NCBI GenBank assembly: GCA_037384445.1
Contig: JARRNY010000033.1
Span: forward strand, 44-64,043
Direction: 5' to 3'
From: Candidatus Thiodiazotropha sp.
GTDB taxonomy: Bacteria; Pseudomonadota; Gammaproteobacteria; Chromatiales; Chromatiaceae
DNA: 64,000 bases
In this document: positions 29,332 through 38,084 of the stretch, in pieces
Layout: the number at the start of each line of letters is the position of its first letter
Position numbering within the stretch: position 1 is the stretch's first letter
Made by a program: the position numbers and the translations under genes
Notes under the pieces: model-generated
The model's input: the letters and a program-made list of their open reading frames with translations, nothing else
Told to the model about the DNA's origin: nothing
Databases searched by the model: none

Positions 29332-31359
29332 TCAGCGGGTGAAATCGGCCTGTATATAGTCTGCGGACTCTGACCATGGCGCTGCGATCTGATCGCGCCG
29401 CAGCACATAGGGGAGAATGATTTCAACCCGCAATGTGTGGAGCAGCTGCGAAATCTGCTTTTGATCCTCCCGCTCCGCCGATAGTAGCGAGATGCGGGGC
29501 CTTACTGCATCTGCCTTCAGATAGGTGATAGCCTTGTACGCGCTCCTGGAGCCGGAGAAATGACTCAGCGAGATAGTGATGCCAAGGGCTGCGAGTTGAT
29601 TAAACAGGAGGCGAGCCTGAGTCAGTTTGGTAGCGAGGGAAGGCAGCTCGAACTCCAGCATCAAGCCCGCGCCTACAATCTGTAGTTTGCGTAGCGCGGA
29701 CTTGATGAATTCAACATAGCTCCCATCCTCTATCACAGCCGTGGATTGCCGAAGGATTAATTTCACCGGCTTTGCCAACTGCCGGTATTCAGCGAGACGC
29801 TGAATGGCCAAATGACAGACGACCCGATCGAATTCGGATGCCAAAGCATAATCTGCTGCCAGCCGGTAGAGGTCATTGGGCGCGACGGGTTCGCAGCACT
29901 GAGGTGTCAGCTCAATTAGCTGGGTGGTGGGGTGTGTTGCCTCTGGTGCAACGAATAACCGCTCTTCCAGGGAGACAGAGCCTTTCTGCAGTGCCTCGAG
30001 TAACTGCTCCTTGTGTATTGAGGGCTCAGCGACCCGATGCTGCTTGGGGGACGATGGTTCCCATGCAGAGGCAAGGTATCCCTGCAGTCCCTGTTGATAG
30101 GCGGAGGTTGCTGCTGACTGCCCCTGACGCAACAATTCCTCGCCACTCTCCTGGGCGCTGTCCAGCATGGCCAGACTGATGCCGAATCGAATCCCGGAGA
30201 GAGCAGATGCTGTGAGCCGATAGCTGACGATTTCGTGTGTCAGCTCAGCTATATGCTCCACATCCAGGCGCTTGGGACGACCCACGAGCAGAGCAAGATG
30301 ACAGTCTCCGATGCGAGCCAGATAGTCATCTCTCATCAGCAAAGGAGCCAGCCACTCGATCATCATGGCAACAGACTGCTCGAGATCCTCGCCACTGGGT
30401 GGAACCAGGTCGAATTGGGGATCGCCCAGAGCGAGCACAATGAGTCCGTAGGAGTGCTCCAATGTTTCACCCCTTGAACGGGTCTCTGCAAGCCGTGCCA
30501 GCAGGGCTTCTCTGTGGGGGAGGCCGTTATCGCTCTTTTCACTTTTGCAGACACCGGCAGATGAGATGGCATTGGCACGCTCAATACGGGATCTGACTGT
30601 CGTCAGCAATTGCTGCAACTGAATCGGTAAGGTCAGAAAGTCGTCTGCACCGGACTGCAATGCCAGCATCCTTTTCTCAGGAGTGTCTTCACCGGAAAGA
30701 CAGATGATGGGGATGGCGGCTGACTCTTTTCTGTTACGGATGAGTTTTGTCAGAACGACGCTGTCGACGCCTTGCATGTCAAGGTCCATCATGAAGATAA
30801 GGTCCGGCTGAAACCGCCATATCGAATCGATGACGTTCAGCGGCTCAGTGACAGTGTGGGTCTCGAATGTGCCTTTTCGCAGCAGATCAGCTACAAGTTT
30901 CGCTTGCGACGCGTCATCCTCGACGATGAGGATCTTGTGATATGGCTTGGCTCTCGGGGTGATGCACTCAGCAAGAGCTGCAATCAGGGCCTCGATATCG
31001 AGAGGATCCGAAAAAAACTGACTTGCACCCGCACGCACAGCTTGCAGCTGGGTTTCGATATCGCAGCGATCAGAGATGAAGAACAGCTCTGGGCGTTCCT
31101 TCTTCTCAAACTCCCGCCTGGGAAGGTGTCGTTGCAGTTCGGGAAGAAATGCGGTGTCGATCAAAATCGCCTTGGCGCCACCATCAAGCGCATTGCGCAG
31201 CTCTGGCAGGTCACTCATCGTTCGGTATCGCCACTCTTGCTGCGCTATGGCTCTCTCTATTGGCGCGAGCGTATTAGGATTCCGGTGCAATAGAAGTAAA
31301 TCGAGATTGACCTTGTTGCATCCATGGTCACTGGTCCCTAAATCCGTGTCGTAGGGCAT
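29332..31359 (-). CDS. Response regulator with two REC-like domains and degenerate GGDEF/EAL domains
   Basis: ILIVEDD..FQPDLIF..GADDFL REC; ARIGDCHL in place of GGDEF; ELT and SHFSG in place of EAL and DDFG. Confidence 0.75.
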   Translation of the reverse strand: MPYDTDLGTSDHGCNKVNLDLLLLHRNPNTLAPIERAIAQQEWRYRTMSDLPELRNALDGGAKAILIDTAFLPELQRHLPRREFEKKERPELFFISDRCDIETQLQAVRAGASQFFSDPLDIEALIAALAECITPRAKPYHKILIVEDDASQAKLVADLLRKGTFETHTVTEPLNVIDSIWRFQPDLIFMMDLDMQGVDSVVLTKLIRNRKESAAIPIICLSGEDTPEKRMLALQSGADDFLTLPIQLQQLLTTVRSRIERANAISSAGVCKSEKSDNGLPHREALLARLAETRSRGETLEHSYGLIVLALGDPQFDLVPPSGEDLEQSVAMMIEWLAPLLMRDDYLARIGDCHLALLVGRPKRLDVEHIAELTHEIVSYRLTASALSGIRFGISLAMLDSAQESGEELLRQGQSAATSAYQQGLQGYLASAWEPSSPKQHRVAEPSIHKEQLLEALQKGSVSLEERLFVAPEATHPTTQLIELTPQCCEPVAPNDLYRLAADYALASEFDRVVCHLAIQRLAEYRQLAKPVKLILRQSTAVIEDGSYVEFIKSALRKLQIVGAGLMLEFELPSLATKLTQARLLFNQLAALGITISLSHFSGSRSAYKAITYLKADAVRPRISLLSAEREDQKQISQLLHTLRVEIILPYVLRRDQIAAPWSESADYIQADFTR

Positions 31360-31927
31360 TGTTATTACCTGTCCGTAGTAATTTGTTTAATTTACCCACA
31401 ATGCTTGGCAGCCATTGAACAAAACGCGGACCGATTTCGAACTGTCAAAATGCACCGCTTCTGCGTTGCCGGTCTTCGTCATGGACGGGTTATGACAGCA
31501 TTCCGTACTCGAAAGAGGCGCCTTTGTCGTGCGCTCTGATTCGGTTCATTTTGCTCTGCTATCGGTTTGGTTCCGACTTGTTCAGAGGTTCCTTTGTCGC
31601 TCAGGCTGTAATGGGTCGTCCCTGTAGATTTGTTCGTATTACCTCTTTTTCGATGTTTGTGCGTTCCTGATGGTTTGGTGGTTGGGACAAATCGTTCTAA
31701 TCAGCGCTGTTTCCCAGAGGGATTAGCATAGTCTAAATATCAGGGTTTGAGTGGGTAAGTGAGCCGGCTTCGCGAAAACAGTCGTGCGCTGTCGGAATGG
31801 AGATCGGCGATTCCCGCTTGGAATTGGCCGGTGGGTTTGCGCAGGCGGTATCGGTTGAAGTCCACTTAGTATTGTCAGCGGAGTTCAATCAATGTGAGCC
31901 GTACTCTACGCTCGCTCCGGGCGGTTT

Positions 31928-32332
31928 TTATGTGCGGCGATAGCTGGCCAGGGCGCTGTCAGTCTCGTAGATGGCCACTTCAACTACGGGATAGCCGCCT
32001 GAGGCCACCTGGTCGTAAATCAGCCTGGCGATATTTTCCGCTGTCGGATTCTTCTCCATCACGTAGATCCGCTCCCCGGCCGCTTGCAGGCCCGGCAGTA
32101 CCGGGTCCTGAGCATGCAATAGCATATTGTGATCAAGGGTCTGATCGATCCAGGTCTTGACGAAGTCCCCGATTTCGCTGAAATCACACACCATCCCCAG
32201 GGCATCCAGTTCATCCGCTTCAAGACGGATCACGGCAGTGGCGTTATGCCCATGCAGATGTCGGCACTTGCCCTGATGGTTGAGCAGGCGGTGGCCGTAG
32301 CAGAAATGAACTTCTTTGGTAACGCTGTACAT
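31928..32332 (-). CDS. queD: 6-carboxytetrahydropterin synthase (QueD/PTPS family)
   Basis: FCYGHRL, CRHLHGHN, GMVCDF, LDH, NPTAENIA, YET. Confidence 0.88.
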   Translation of the reverse strand: MYSVTKEVHFCYGHRLLNHQGKCRHLHGHNATAVIRLEADELDALGMVCDFSEIGDFVKTWIDQTLDHNMLLHAQDPVLPGLQAAGERIYVMEKNPTAENIARLIYDQVASGGYPVVEVAIYETDSALASYRRT

Positions 32333-32422
32333 GGTAATTCGAGGGTGGTTTTTCGGTCGGCCAGAGTATACGGATTGGTTCGACTGGCTGCCACTGCTGA
32401 ACAAATGCTGAGAGGTGACAAG

Positions 32423-32449
32423 TAAAGGATTCACTGGCGCTGTCGATAG
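32423..32449 (+). promoter_or_regulatory. Putative sigma28 (FliA) promoter for the 158-aa hypothetical gene
   Basis: TAAA-N15-GTCGATAG, ~20 bp before the ORF. Confidence 0.6.
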
Positions 32450-32470
32450 AGTTCTGTAGAGCTCTAGTGG

Positions 32471-32947
32471 ATGGCATGCATGGTTGAAGAGAATGAGTTT
32501 ATTGAGGTGGCGAGGGAGGCGGTGTCGCAGCTAAAGCGTCTGTCGCGCGATTTTCCTCGTCTATCCACTCGCCATGTCAAGGTGGCCATCGAGACCTGGA
32601 ATGAGGAGATGTTCCAGAAAGGCGAGGTTATCTGGCTTGAAAAGCAGCGAAAACGTAAAGAACGTAGCGCTTTGGAAAGTCGGGCTGCTGAGTTGATCGA
32701 GGCTAATCTCGTGGATGATGTGCTCGACACATTGATCTCGGAGTTTGATCGGGAGATCGACTTTTATGGTCTGATCGACCTCTGTGGTCGTGACAAATAC
32801 ATAGCCGCCCTGCGCCGAGAGGCGATGGAGCTGAAACAGAACTCCATTTCGCCGGAGCAGACGGCGGAGCTCTGGAACAGCGTCAGCAAGCCGGCTATCG
32901 GGGGTGATCACTGGAATGCCACGGCGGTTTCCGTGCTGATGGGGTGA
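32471..32947 (+). CDS. Hypothetical protein, possible C-terminal DNA-binding motif
   Basis: 158-aa helical ORF (start may be 32480); ends SISPEQTAELWN...GGDHWNATAVSVLM. Confidence 0.75.
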   Translation: MACMVEENEFIEVAREAVSQLKRLSRDFPRLSTRHVKVAIETWNEEMFQKGEVIWLEKQRKRKERSALESRAAELIEANLVDDVLDTLISEFDREIDFYGLIDLCGRDKYIAALRREAMELKQNSISPEQTAELWNSVSKPAIGGDHWNATAVSVLMG

Positions 32948-32951
32948 TCAG

Positions 32952-33596
32952 TCAGTTCCGCAGCAGATAACAGGCCGTCACCAGGTGACGCTCTCCAATG
33001 ATGTAGCGTCCCTCGAAGCGCAGCGGAGGGAAATCGAATTCACAACGATCGGTGGCAGTGAAGTGATAGTGCTGCCGTTCCCGGTCGAAACTCAATGCCA
33101 CTGAGTGGAAGCCGAAAAAGCGCTGAACCAGGGGATAGAAGCATTTGTAGAGGCTCTCCTTGGCGCTGAATATCAACCGCCCCGGATGGGCTCCCGGATT
33201 GTCAGCGACGAAGGCAGCCTCCGCCTCCGTGTGAATATATCGATCAACCCCCTTCGGCAGGGGATCAAGTGGCTCCACATCGATCCCGACTCCCGCCACT
33301 TCCCCATCCTGCGCGCAGACGGCAACACAGAGATCGTGACAGTGTGCGATGCTGCCGAGATAGCCGGCCGGCCAGAGAGGTTCTCGCCGCTCACCGCGTA
33401 ACAGGGGAGCATCGGGTGCATTGAGCCGGGCGAGAGCCTCATGTGCTGCGTTGCGTCCGGCGCGAAACTCCCGTTGCCGCTTCTCGACAGCGCCAGCGAT
33501 GAGTGCCTCCTCCTCGCTGCGCAGCGGGGTCTGCCACATGGGCTCGTCAGCGATGACGAATGCGGTGTCGGCAGGAAAGAGGTGGTTGAGATTCAT
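32952..33596 (-). CDS. 4'-phosphopantetheinyl transferase (EntD/Sfp type)
   Basis: KRQREFRAGR, PLWPAGYLGSIAH, GIDVE, IFSAKESLYK. Confidence 0.92.
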   Translation of the reverse strand: MNLNHLFPADTAFVIADEPMWQTPLRSEEEALIAGAVEKRQREFRAGRNAAHEALARLNAPDAPLLRGERREPLWPAGYLGSIAHCHDLCVAVCAQDGEVAGVGIDVEPLDPLPKGVDRYIHTEAEAAFVADNPGAHPGRLIFSAKESLYKCFYPLVQRFFGFHSVALSFDRERQHYHFTATDRCEFDFPPLRFEGRYIIGERHLVTACYLLRN

Positions 33597-33672
33597 GATG
33601 CTGGAGATTGATGATCCGCGGCCATTCTATCACCTGCGAGAGGAAATGCGTTCCACCCGGGCTAAAAGCCGC

Positions 33673-33701
33673 TTGACCCCGCTTGGCATGAACGGCATGC
33701 T
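33673..33701 (+). promoter_or_regulatory. Putative sigma70 promoter for a leaderless leader transcript
   Basis: TTGACC-N17-CATGCT, 6 nt before ATG 33708. Confidence 0.55.
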
Positions 33702-33707
33702 TGAAGC

Positions 33708-33809
33708 ATGAACGCCAGTTTTATCAACCAGATCTCCCTAATGTGCCGCCGTGTACCGGCATGGAAGCGCATGCGCCTGTCTGCGTCCGAGGGGTTGATG
33801 AAGCACTGA
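33708..33809 (+). CDS. Putative 33-aa leader peptide MNASFINQISLMCRRVPAWKRMRLSASEGLMKH
   Basis: Short ORF (below the ORF-track cutoff) between a promoter-like site and a terminator upstream of the EamA gene. Confidence 0.55.
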   Translation: MNASFINQISLMCRRVPAWKRMRLSASEGLMKH

Positions 33810-33835
33810 TCGTTTACTGAATATCGAACTTCCCC

Positions 33836-33875
33836 AAAGGCCGCAGATGGCAACATCTGCGGCCTTTTTGTTTTT
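33836..33875 (+). terminator. Attenuator-type intrinsic terminator upstream of the EamA transporter
   Basis: 14-bp stem AAAGGCCGCAGATG-GCAA-CATCTGCGGCCTTT then TTGTTTTT, ~30 nt before the start codon. Confidence 0.85.
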
Positions 33876-33902
33876 GTGCCAACTATCAAAGGGAGAAATG
33901 TT

Positions 33903-34811
33903 ATGTCGATTCCAGCCGCCTATATCGGGGTCGTGCTGATCTGGGGAACCACGCCGCTGGCCATCAAGTGGAGCGGTGAAGGGGTGGGCTATCTGTTCGG
34001 AGTCACCGGCCGCATGGTGATCGGGCTCGCCCTGGCCATGCTGGTATTGCGTTTGATGGGGTTGCGACTGCATTGGCATCGCCGTGCCCGCCAGACCTAC
34101 CTGGCCGCCGGCCTGGGTATCTTCCTGGCCATGACCAGCGTCTACTGGTCGGCCCAGTTCATCCCCTCGGGTTGGATATCGGTGATGTTCGGTCTTTCAC
34201 CCATCGTGACTGGCCTGATGGCCCGATTGTGGCTGGCTGAGCAGGGGCTGACGCCGCCGCGGGTGCTGGCTCTGCTGGTGGCGCTGACGGGTCTCGGGGT
34301 GATGTTCGATGTAGGCCTGCAGGCGGGTGGTGAGACTGTATGGGGGCTGATTGGCATCCTCTTTTCCGTCTTCTGCCACTCGGCCAGCGCGGTCTGGGTC
34401 AAGCGATTGGATGCCCGCCTGCATGGTCTGAATGTGACAGTGGGTGGCCTGCTGGTGGCGGTGCCCCTGTTTCTGTTGAGTTGGTTTCTGCAGGGTGAAA
34501 CCTGGCCTGCTGTTATCGATGGCCGGGCCCTGGGCTCGATTGTCTATCTCGGGGTGGTCGGTTCGGTGCTGGGTTTCGCGCTCTACTTCTATGTGCTGCG
34601 GCATGTGGAGACCACCCGGGTGGCGCTGATAACCCTGATGACGCCGATCATCGCCCTGTTGGCTGGCCAGTGGCTCAATGGGGAGACAATCGAGATTCAG
34701 GTCTGGGTGGGTGCGGGCTTGATTATGCTGGGGCTCGCAGGTTTCGAACTGGGCAGCCGCTTCTGGCCTCAGCCTCGCCCGAGTAGAGCCAGCGAGAGCG
34801 AGGGCCAGTAG
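33903..34811 (+). CDS. DMT/EamA family transporter
   Basis: IWGTTPLAIK, two EamA halves, ~10 TM; RBS GGGAG before ATG 33903. Confidence 0.92.
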   Translation: MSIPAAYIGVVLIWGTTPLAIKWSGEGVGYLFGVTGRMVIGLALAMLVLRLMGLRLHWHRRARQTYLAAGLGIFLAMTSVYWSAQFIPSGWISVMFGLSPIVTGLMARLWLAEQGLTPPRVLALLVALTGLGVMFDVGLQAGGETVWGLIGILFSVFCHSASAVWVKRLDARLHGLNVTVGGLLVAVPLFLLSWFLQGETWPAVIDGRALGSIVYLGVVGSVLGFALYFYVLRHVETTRVALITLMTPIIALLAGQWLNGETIEIQVWVGAGLIMLGLAGFELGSRFWPQPRPSRASESEGQ

Positions 34812-36043
34812 GTGATCAGCAGTACCGCGCCCAGTAGCAGCAGGAACCAGGGCAGGGTGGCGCGGTAGATCTCGGTCACCGGTCGGTCGAAGCGATAGCT
34901 GGCGATGAAGAGGTTCATCCCCACCGGGGGGGTGAAGTAGCCGATCTGCATATTGGCCAGAAAGATGATGCCGAGATGGACCGGGTCGATGCCATATTGG
35001 ATGCCGATCGGTAGCAACAGCGGCACCATCAGCACCAGCGCCGAGAAGATGTCGAGCATGGTGCCAAGGATCAGCAGGAAGATATTCAGCAGGATGAGGA
35101 AGGTCAGCGGATTGGAGACCCACTCGTGCAACCAGGCGAAGAGCTTCGACGGTACCCCCTGGTCGATCAGGTAGTTGGTGGAGGCGAGCGAGAGGCCGAG
35201 GATGACCAGAATGCCGCCAACCAGCAGCATCGCCTCACGCATCACACCCGGTAGCCGCCGCAGGCTGATCTCACGGTGGATCAATACCTCAACGATCAGC
35301 ACGTAGAGTGCGGTTACGGCTGCCGCCTCGGAGATGGCGAAAAAGCCGCTGTAGACGCCGCCGAGCACGATCACCGGCAGCGGTAACTCCCAGGCCGCCT
35401 CTTTCATGGCGGCCCAGGCTTCACTGCCGGAGAAGCGAGCCAGCGCGACATGACGGCTTGACCAGTAGCTCCAGGCGAGCAGGATCGTCAGCATCAGTAG
35501 CCCGGGCAGGATGCCGGCGAGAAACATATCCTCCACGCTGATAGAGCCGCCGATGCCGAGCTGCTGCGCTACCACCGCGTAGAGGATCAGCGGCAGGGCT
35601 GGGGCGAAGAGCAGACCGAGACTGCCGGAGGTGGTGACCAGGCCGAGGCTGAAATGGTCGCGGTAACCCGCCTCCTTCAATGCGGGATAGAGCAGGGCAC
35701 CAAGGGCCACGATGGTGACACCGGAGGCGCCGGTGAAGGCGGTGAACAGGGCGCAGGCGACCAGAGAGACAAAGGCGAGACCGCCCGGCATCCAACCCAG
35801 CAGAGCCTGAGTCAGACGTACCAGGCGGTGGGGTGCGTTGCTCTCACTCAGCAGATAGCCGGCGAAGGTGAAGAGCGGGATCGCCAATAAAACCGGCATC
35901 TCAGCCAGACGAAAGAATTCGATGGCGACCACCGAGAGATCGATATCGGAGTGGTAGAAGCCCCACAGGGCGCTGGCGCCGATGATGGCGAACAGGGGAG
36001 CACCGGACAGCGCGAGCAATATCAGGCCGACGGTGATCAGCAC
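34769..36043 (-). CDS. TRAP transporter large permease (DctM)
   Basis: LLAIPLFTFAG, FTGASG, GIDPVHLG, TPPVGMNLF. Confidence 0.95.
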   Translation of the reverse strand: MLITVGLILLALSGAPLFAIIGASALWGFYHSDIDLSVVAIEFFRLAEMPVLLAIPLFTFAGYLLSESNAPHRLVRLTQALLGWMPGGLAFVSLVACALFTAFTGASGVTIVALGALLYPALKEAGYRDHFSLGLVTTSGSLGLLFAPALPLILYAVVAQQLGIGGSISVEDMFLAGILPGLLMLTILLAWSYWSSRHVALARFSGSEAWAAMKEAAWELPLPVIVLGGVYSGFFAISEAAAVTALYVLIVEVLIHREISLRRLPGVMREAMLLVGGILVILGLSLASTNYLIDQGVPSKLFAWLHEWVSNPLTFLILLNIFLLILGTMLDIFSALVLMVPLLLPIGIQYGIDPVHLGIIFLANMQIGYFTPPVGMNLFIASYRFDRPVTEIYRATLPWFLLLLGAVLLITYWPSLSLALLGRG

Positions 36044-36528
36044 GGCGGGGCTCCTGTTCGCAGGCGCAGGGGAGCGCTGGAGAGGAAGCGCAGGGCCATG
36101 AGGCCGAAACCGATGGGAATGATCGACTCACCAATCCAGCTTGGCAGGCCACCGAAGAGTTGGCTGCCGTCCTGCCACTCATAGGCAACCAGGCGGCCTG
36201 CATGCCAGGCGATAAGGCCACAGACCACGCCACTGAATAGATCGTTGATCATCTGCACCCATGCTTTGCCGCGAGGACTCAGATAGCGGGAGAAGAGGTC
36301 GATGCGGATGTGGCGGTCATCCCGGGTCGCTGCTATGGCACCCAGCAGGGCCAACCAGAGGACCATCATGCGCAGGGCCGGATCGGCCCAGAAGAGGCCT
36401 GAGTCGAACAGATTGCGCATCAGTATCTGCCATGCAGCGAGCAGGATCATGGCGCTGAGAATGAGCACCAGGACAGCCTCTTCCAGGCGTGCCAGCAAGT
36501 GCTTTAGCTGTTTGAGTGCGGACAACAT
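36037..36528 (-). CDS. TRAP transporter small permease (DctQ)
   Basis: 4 TM, LGAIAATRDDRHIRID. Confidence 0.92.
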   Translation of the reverse strand: MLSALKQLKHLLARLEEAVLVLILSAMILLAAWQILMRNLFDSGLFWADPALRMMVLWLALLGAIAATRDDRHIRIDLFSRYLSPRGKAWVQMINDLFSGVVCGLIAWHAGRLVAYEWQDGSQLFGGLPSWIGESIIPIGFGLMALRFLSSAPLRLRTGAPPC

Positions 36529-36573
36529 GTGGAGCGGTTTAGAAGGCGCCTGGCATCTACCTGTGAAAAGTTT

Positions 36574-36885
36574 TTATTTGATATGCACTGCCAGCCAAAG
36601 ACAGTGGGGTCGGTGGCTGGTGGTGAGTACGCGGTGCAGGGTGCCGGCGGGGATCAGCATCTGATCACCACGGTGCAACTGGTGCACCTCGTCGTTCATC
36701 TCCAGCTTGGCGCTGCCCTGTAAGATGCAGATCCACTCATCGTGAGGCTGGGCGGTCATCTCGGTGACCGTCTCCGGCGGACTGAGGATGCGCTCGATAG
36801 TGACGTTCTTGTGCTTAAGCAAGGTGTCGAAATGTTCTTCTTGCCCTTGAGCCTGATCGGGTTTAAACAGATTGTTAGCGGACAT
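36574..36885 (-). CDS. Cupin domain protein
   Basis: IERILS, QPHDEWICILQG, GDQMLIPAGTLHRV, WLAVH. Confidence 0.88.
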   Translation of the reverse strand: MSANNLFKPDQAQGQEEHFDTLLKHKNVTIERILSPPETVTEMTAQPHDEWICILQGSAKLEMNDEVHQLHRGDQMLIPAGTLHRVLTTSHRPHCLWLAVHIK

Positions 36886-37070
36886 GAAAACTGTTCCTGA
36901 CTGATGGCGATGGGTAGCGTGATGCAGAGTGTGACAGAAACCGGCTCGTGACGCAGCGTTGGAGTGGCTGGTCAGCTTCTCTACTCATTGGCACCGGCAT
37001 TTTCGTGCTGATGCTCAAGGCCGAGGCACTGGCTTTCGAGTGCCACTCGCCTTACTCATGAGGCAGCGCT

Positions 37071-38075
37071 TCAGAGGTTGGCGCTGGTGCTGCGAGCGGC
37101 TTGGATCAACTGTTGCATCTGCTTGAGCATGGCGGCATCGAACAGTCCCTTATCCGAGAGGGCTTGCAGCATGGTGTTGGCGTGCTTCTCCCACTCTTGC
37201 CGCTGTGACAGCGAGGGTTCCACGAACTCAATGCCCTGGCCTTGCAAGGCATCCAGGGCCTGCCGGTTGTCCTGTCGGTTCTGCGCGTCAAGCTTGGAGA
37301 AGGTCTCCTGCAGAGTCCGTGTGACTACGCTCCGGTCGGCATCCTCCAGGCGCGCCAAGGACTTCTCCGTGATGACCAGCGTGGCATAGAGATAGGCCAG
37401 TGGTACCTCAGTCAGGTACTTGACCCGTGTATGCCATTGCAGGGCGATGGCGCCAATGGGGGAGCTGGCGATGGTGTCGATGAGGCCGGTCTGCAGGCCG
37501 GTCATGACATCGGTCATGGGCAGGGGGATCGGTGCGATACCCAGGGCCTTGAACATGCGGGCATTGATCTCATCTCCCTCGGGTATCCAGATCTTCAGAT
37601 TGTGCATGTCGTCGGTGGTCTGCACCGGGGTGTTGGCGAGCAGATAGGCAAAGCCGCCCTCGCTGAGTCCGAAGCTGACATAGCCCGCCTTGTGCAGGCC
37701 CTCGATGATCAGCGGGTCCATGACGCGCCGCACTGCGTCCACCTCCTGCAAGTCCCGGAACTGAAACGGCAGGGTATAGACCTGCGCGTCCGGATAGACG
37801 CTGCTGAGTCCGCCGCCGGTGATGGCGCCGCCGTGCAGCTGGCCGACACGGATCTTGCGCAGCACACTGTTGTCGTTGCCCATCACGCCACCCGGATAGA
37901 AGCGCAGTTTGACCCGCCCCTCGGTCTCCTTCTCGATCTGTTTGGCGGCGCTCCGCATCTGCTTCATCCAACTGGTACCGTCGGGGGCGAGGGTGGCGAT
38001 CTTCAGCGTGGTGGCAGCCGACAGGGGCAGGGCGATAAGGGCGAGCAGAACGAGGGTGAAGAGACGGGTAAGCAT
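37071..38075 (-). CDS. TRAP substrate-binding protein (DctP/TatP type)
   Basis: Signal peptide, LKIATLAPDGTSW, YPGGVMG, GLQTGLID. Confidence 0.93.
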   Translation of the reverse strand: MLTRLFTLVLLALIALPLSAATTLKIATLAPDGTSWMKQMRSAAKQIEKETEGRVKLRFYPGGVMGNDNSVLRKIRVGQLHGGAITGGGLSSVYPDAQVYTLPFQFRDLQEVDAVRRVMDPLIIEGLHKAGYVSFGLSEGGFAYLLANTPVQTTDDMHNLKIWIPEGDEINARMFKALGIAPIPLPMTDVMTGLQTGLIDTIASSPIGAIALQWHTRVKYLTEVPLAYLYATLVITEKSLARLEDADRSVVTRTLQETFSKLDAQNRQDNRQALDALQGQGIEFVEPSLSQRQEWEKHANTMLQALSDKGLFDAAMLKQMQQLIQAARSTSANL

Positions 38076-38084
38076 GTTGGGTCC

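Noticed and set aside
31801-31827. Fifth sigma28-like site (minus strand CCAA-N15-GCCGATCT) upstream of the REC-GGDEF-EAL gene
   Set aside because: Poor -35 match and ~440 bp from the start codon.
31928-33596. queD plus PPTase as a 7-deazaguanine DNA-modification or NRPS/PKS cluster
   Set aside because: No dpd, queC/queE/folE or carrier-protein genes nearby, and orientations are mixed.
26775-33600. Genomic island integrated at tRNA-Met
   Set aside because: No integrase and no duplicated tRNA 3' end found; amt and queD are ordinary genes.
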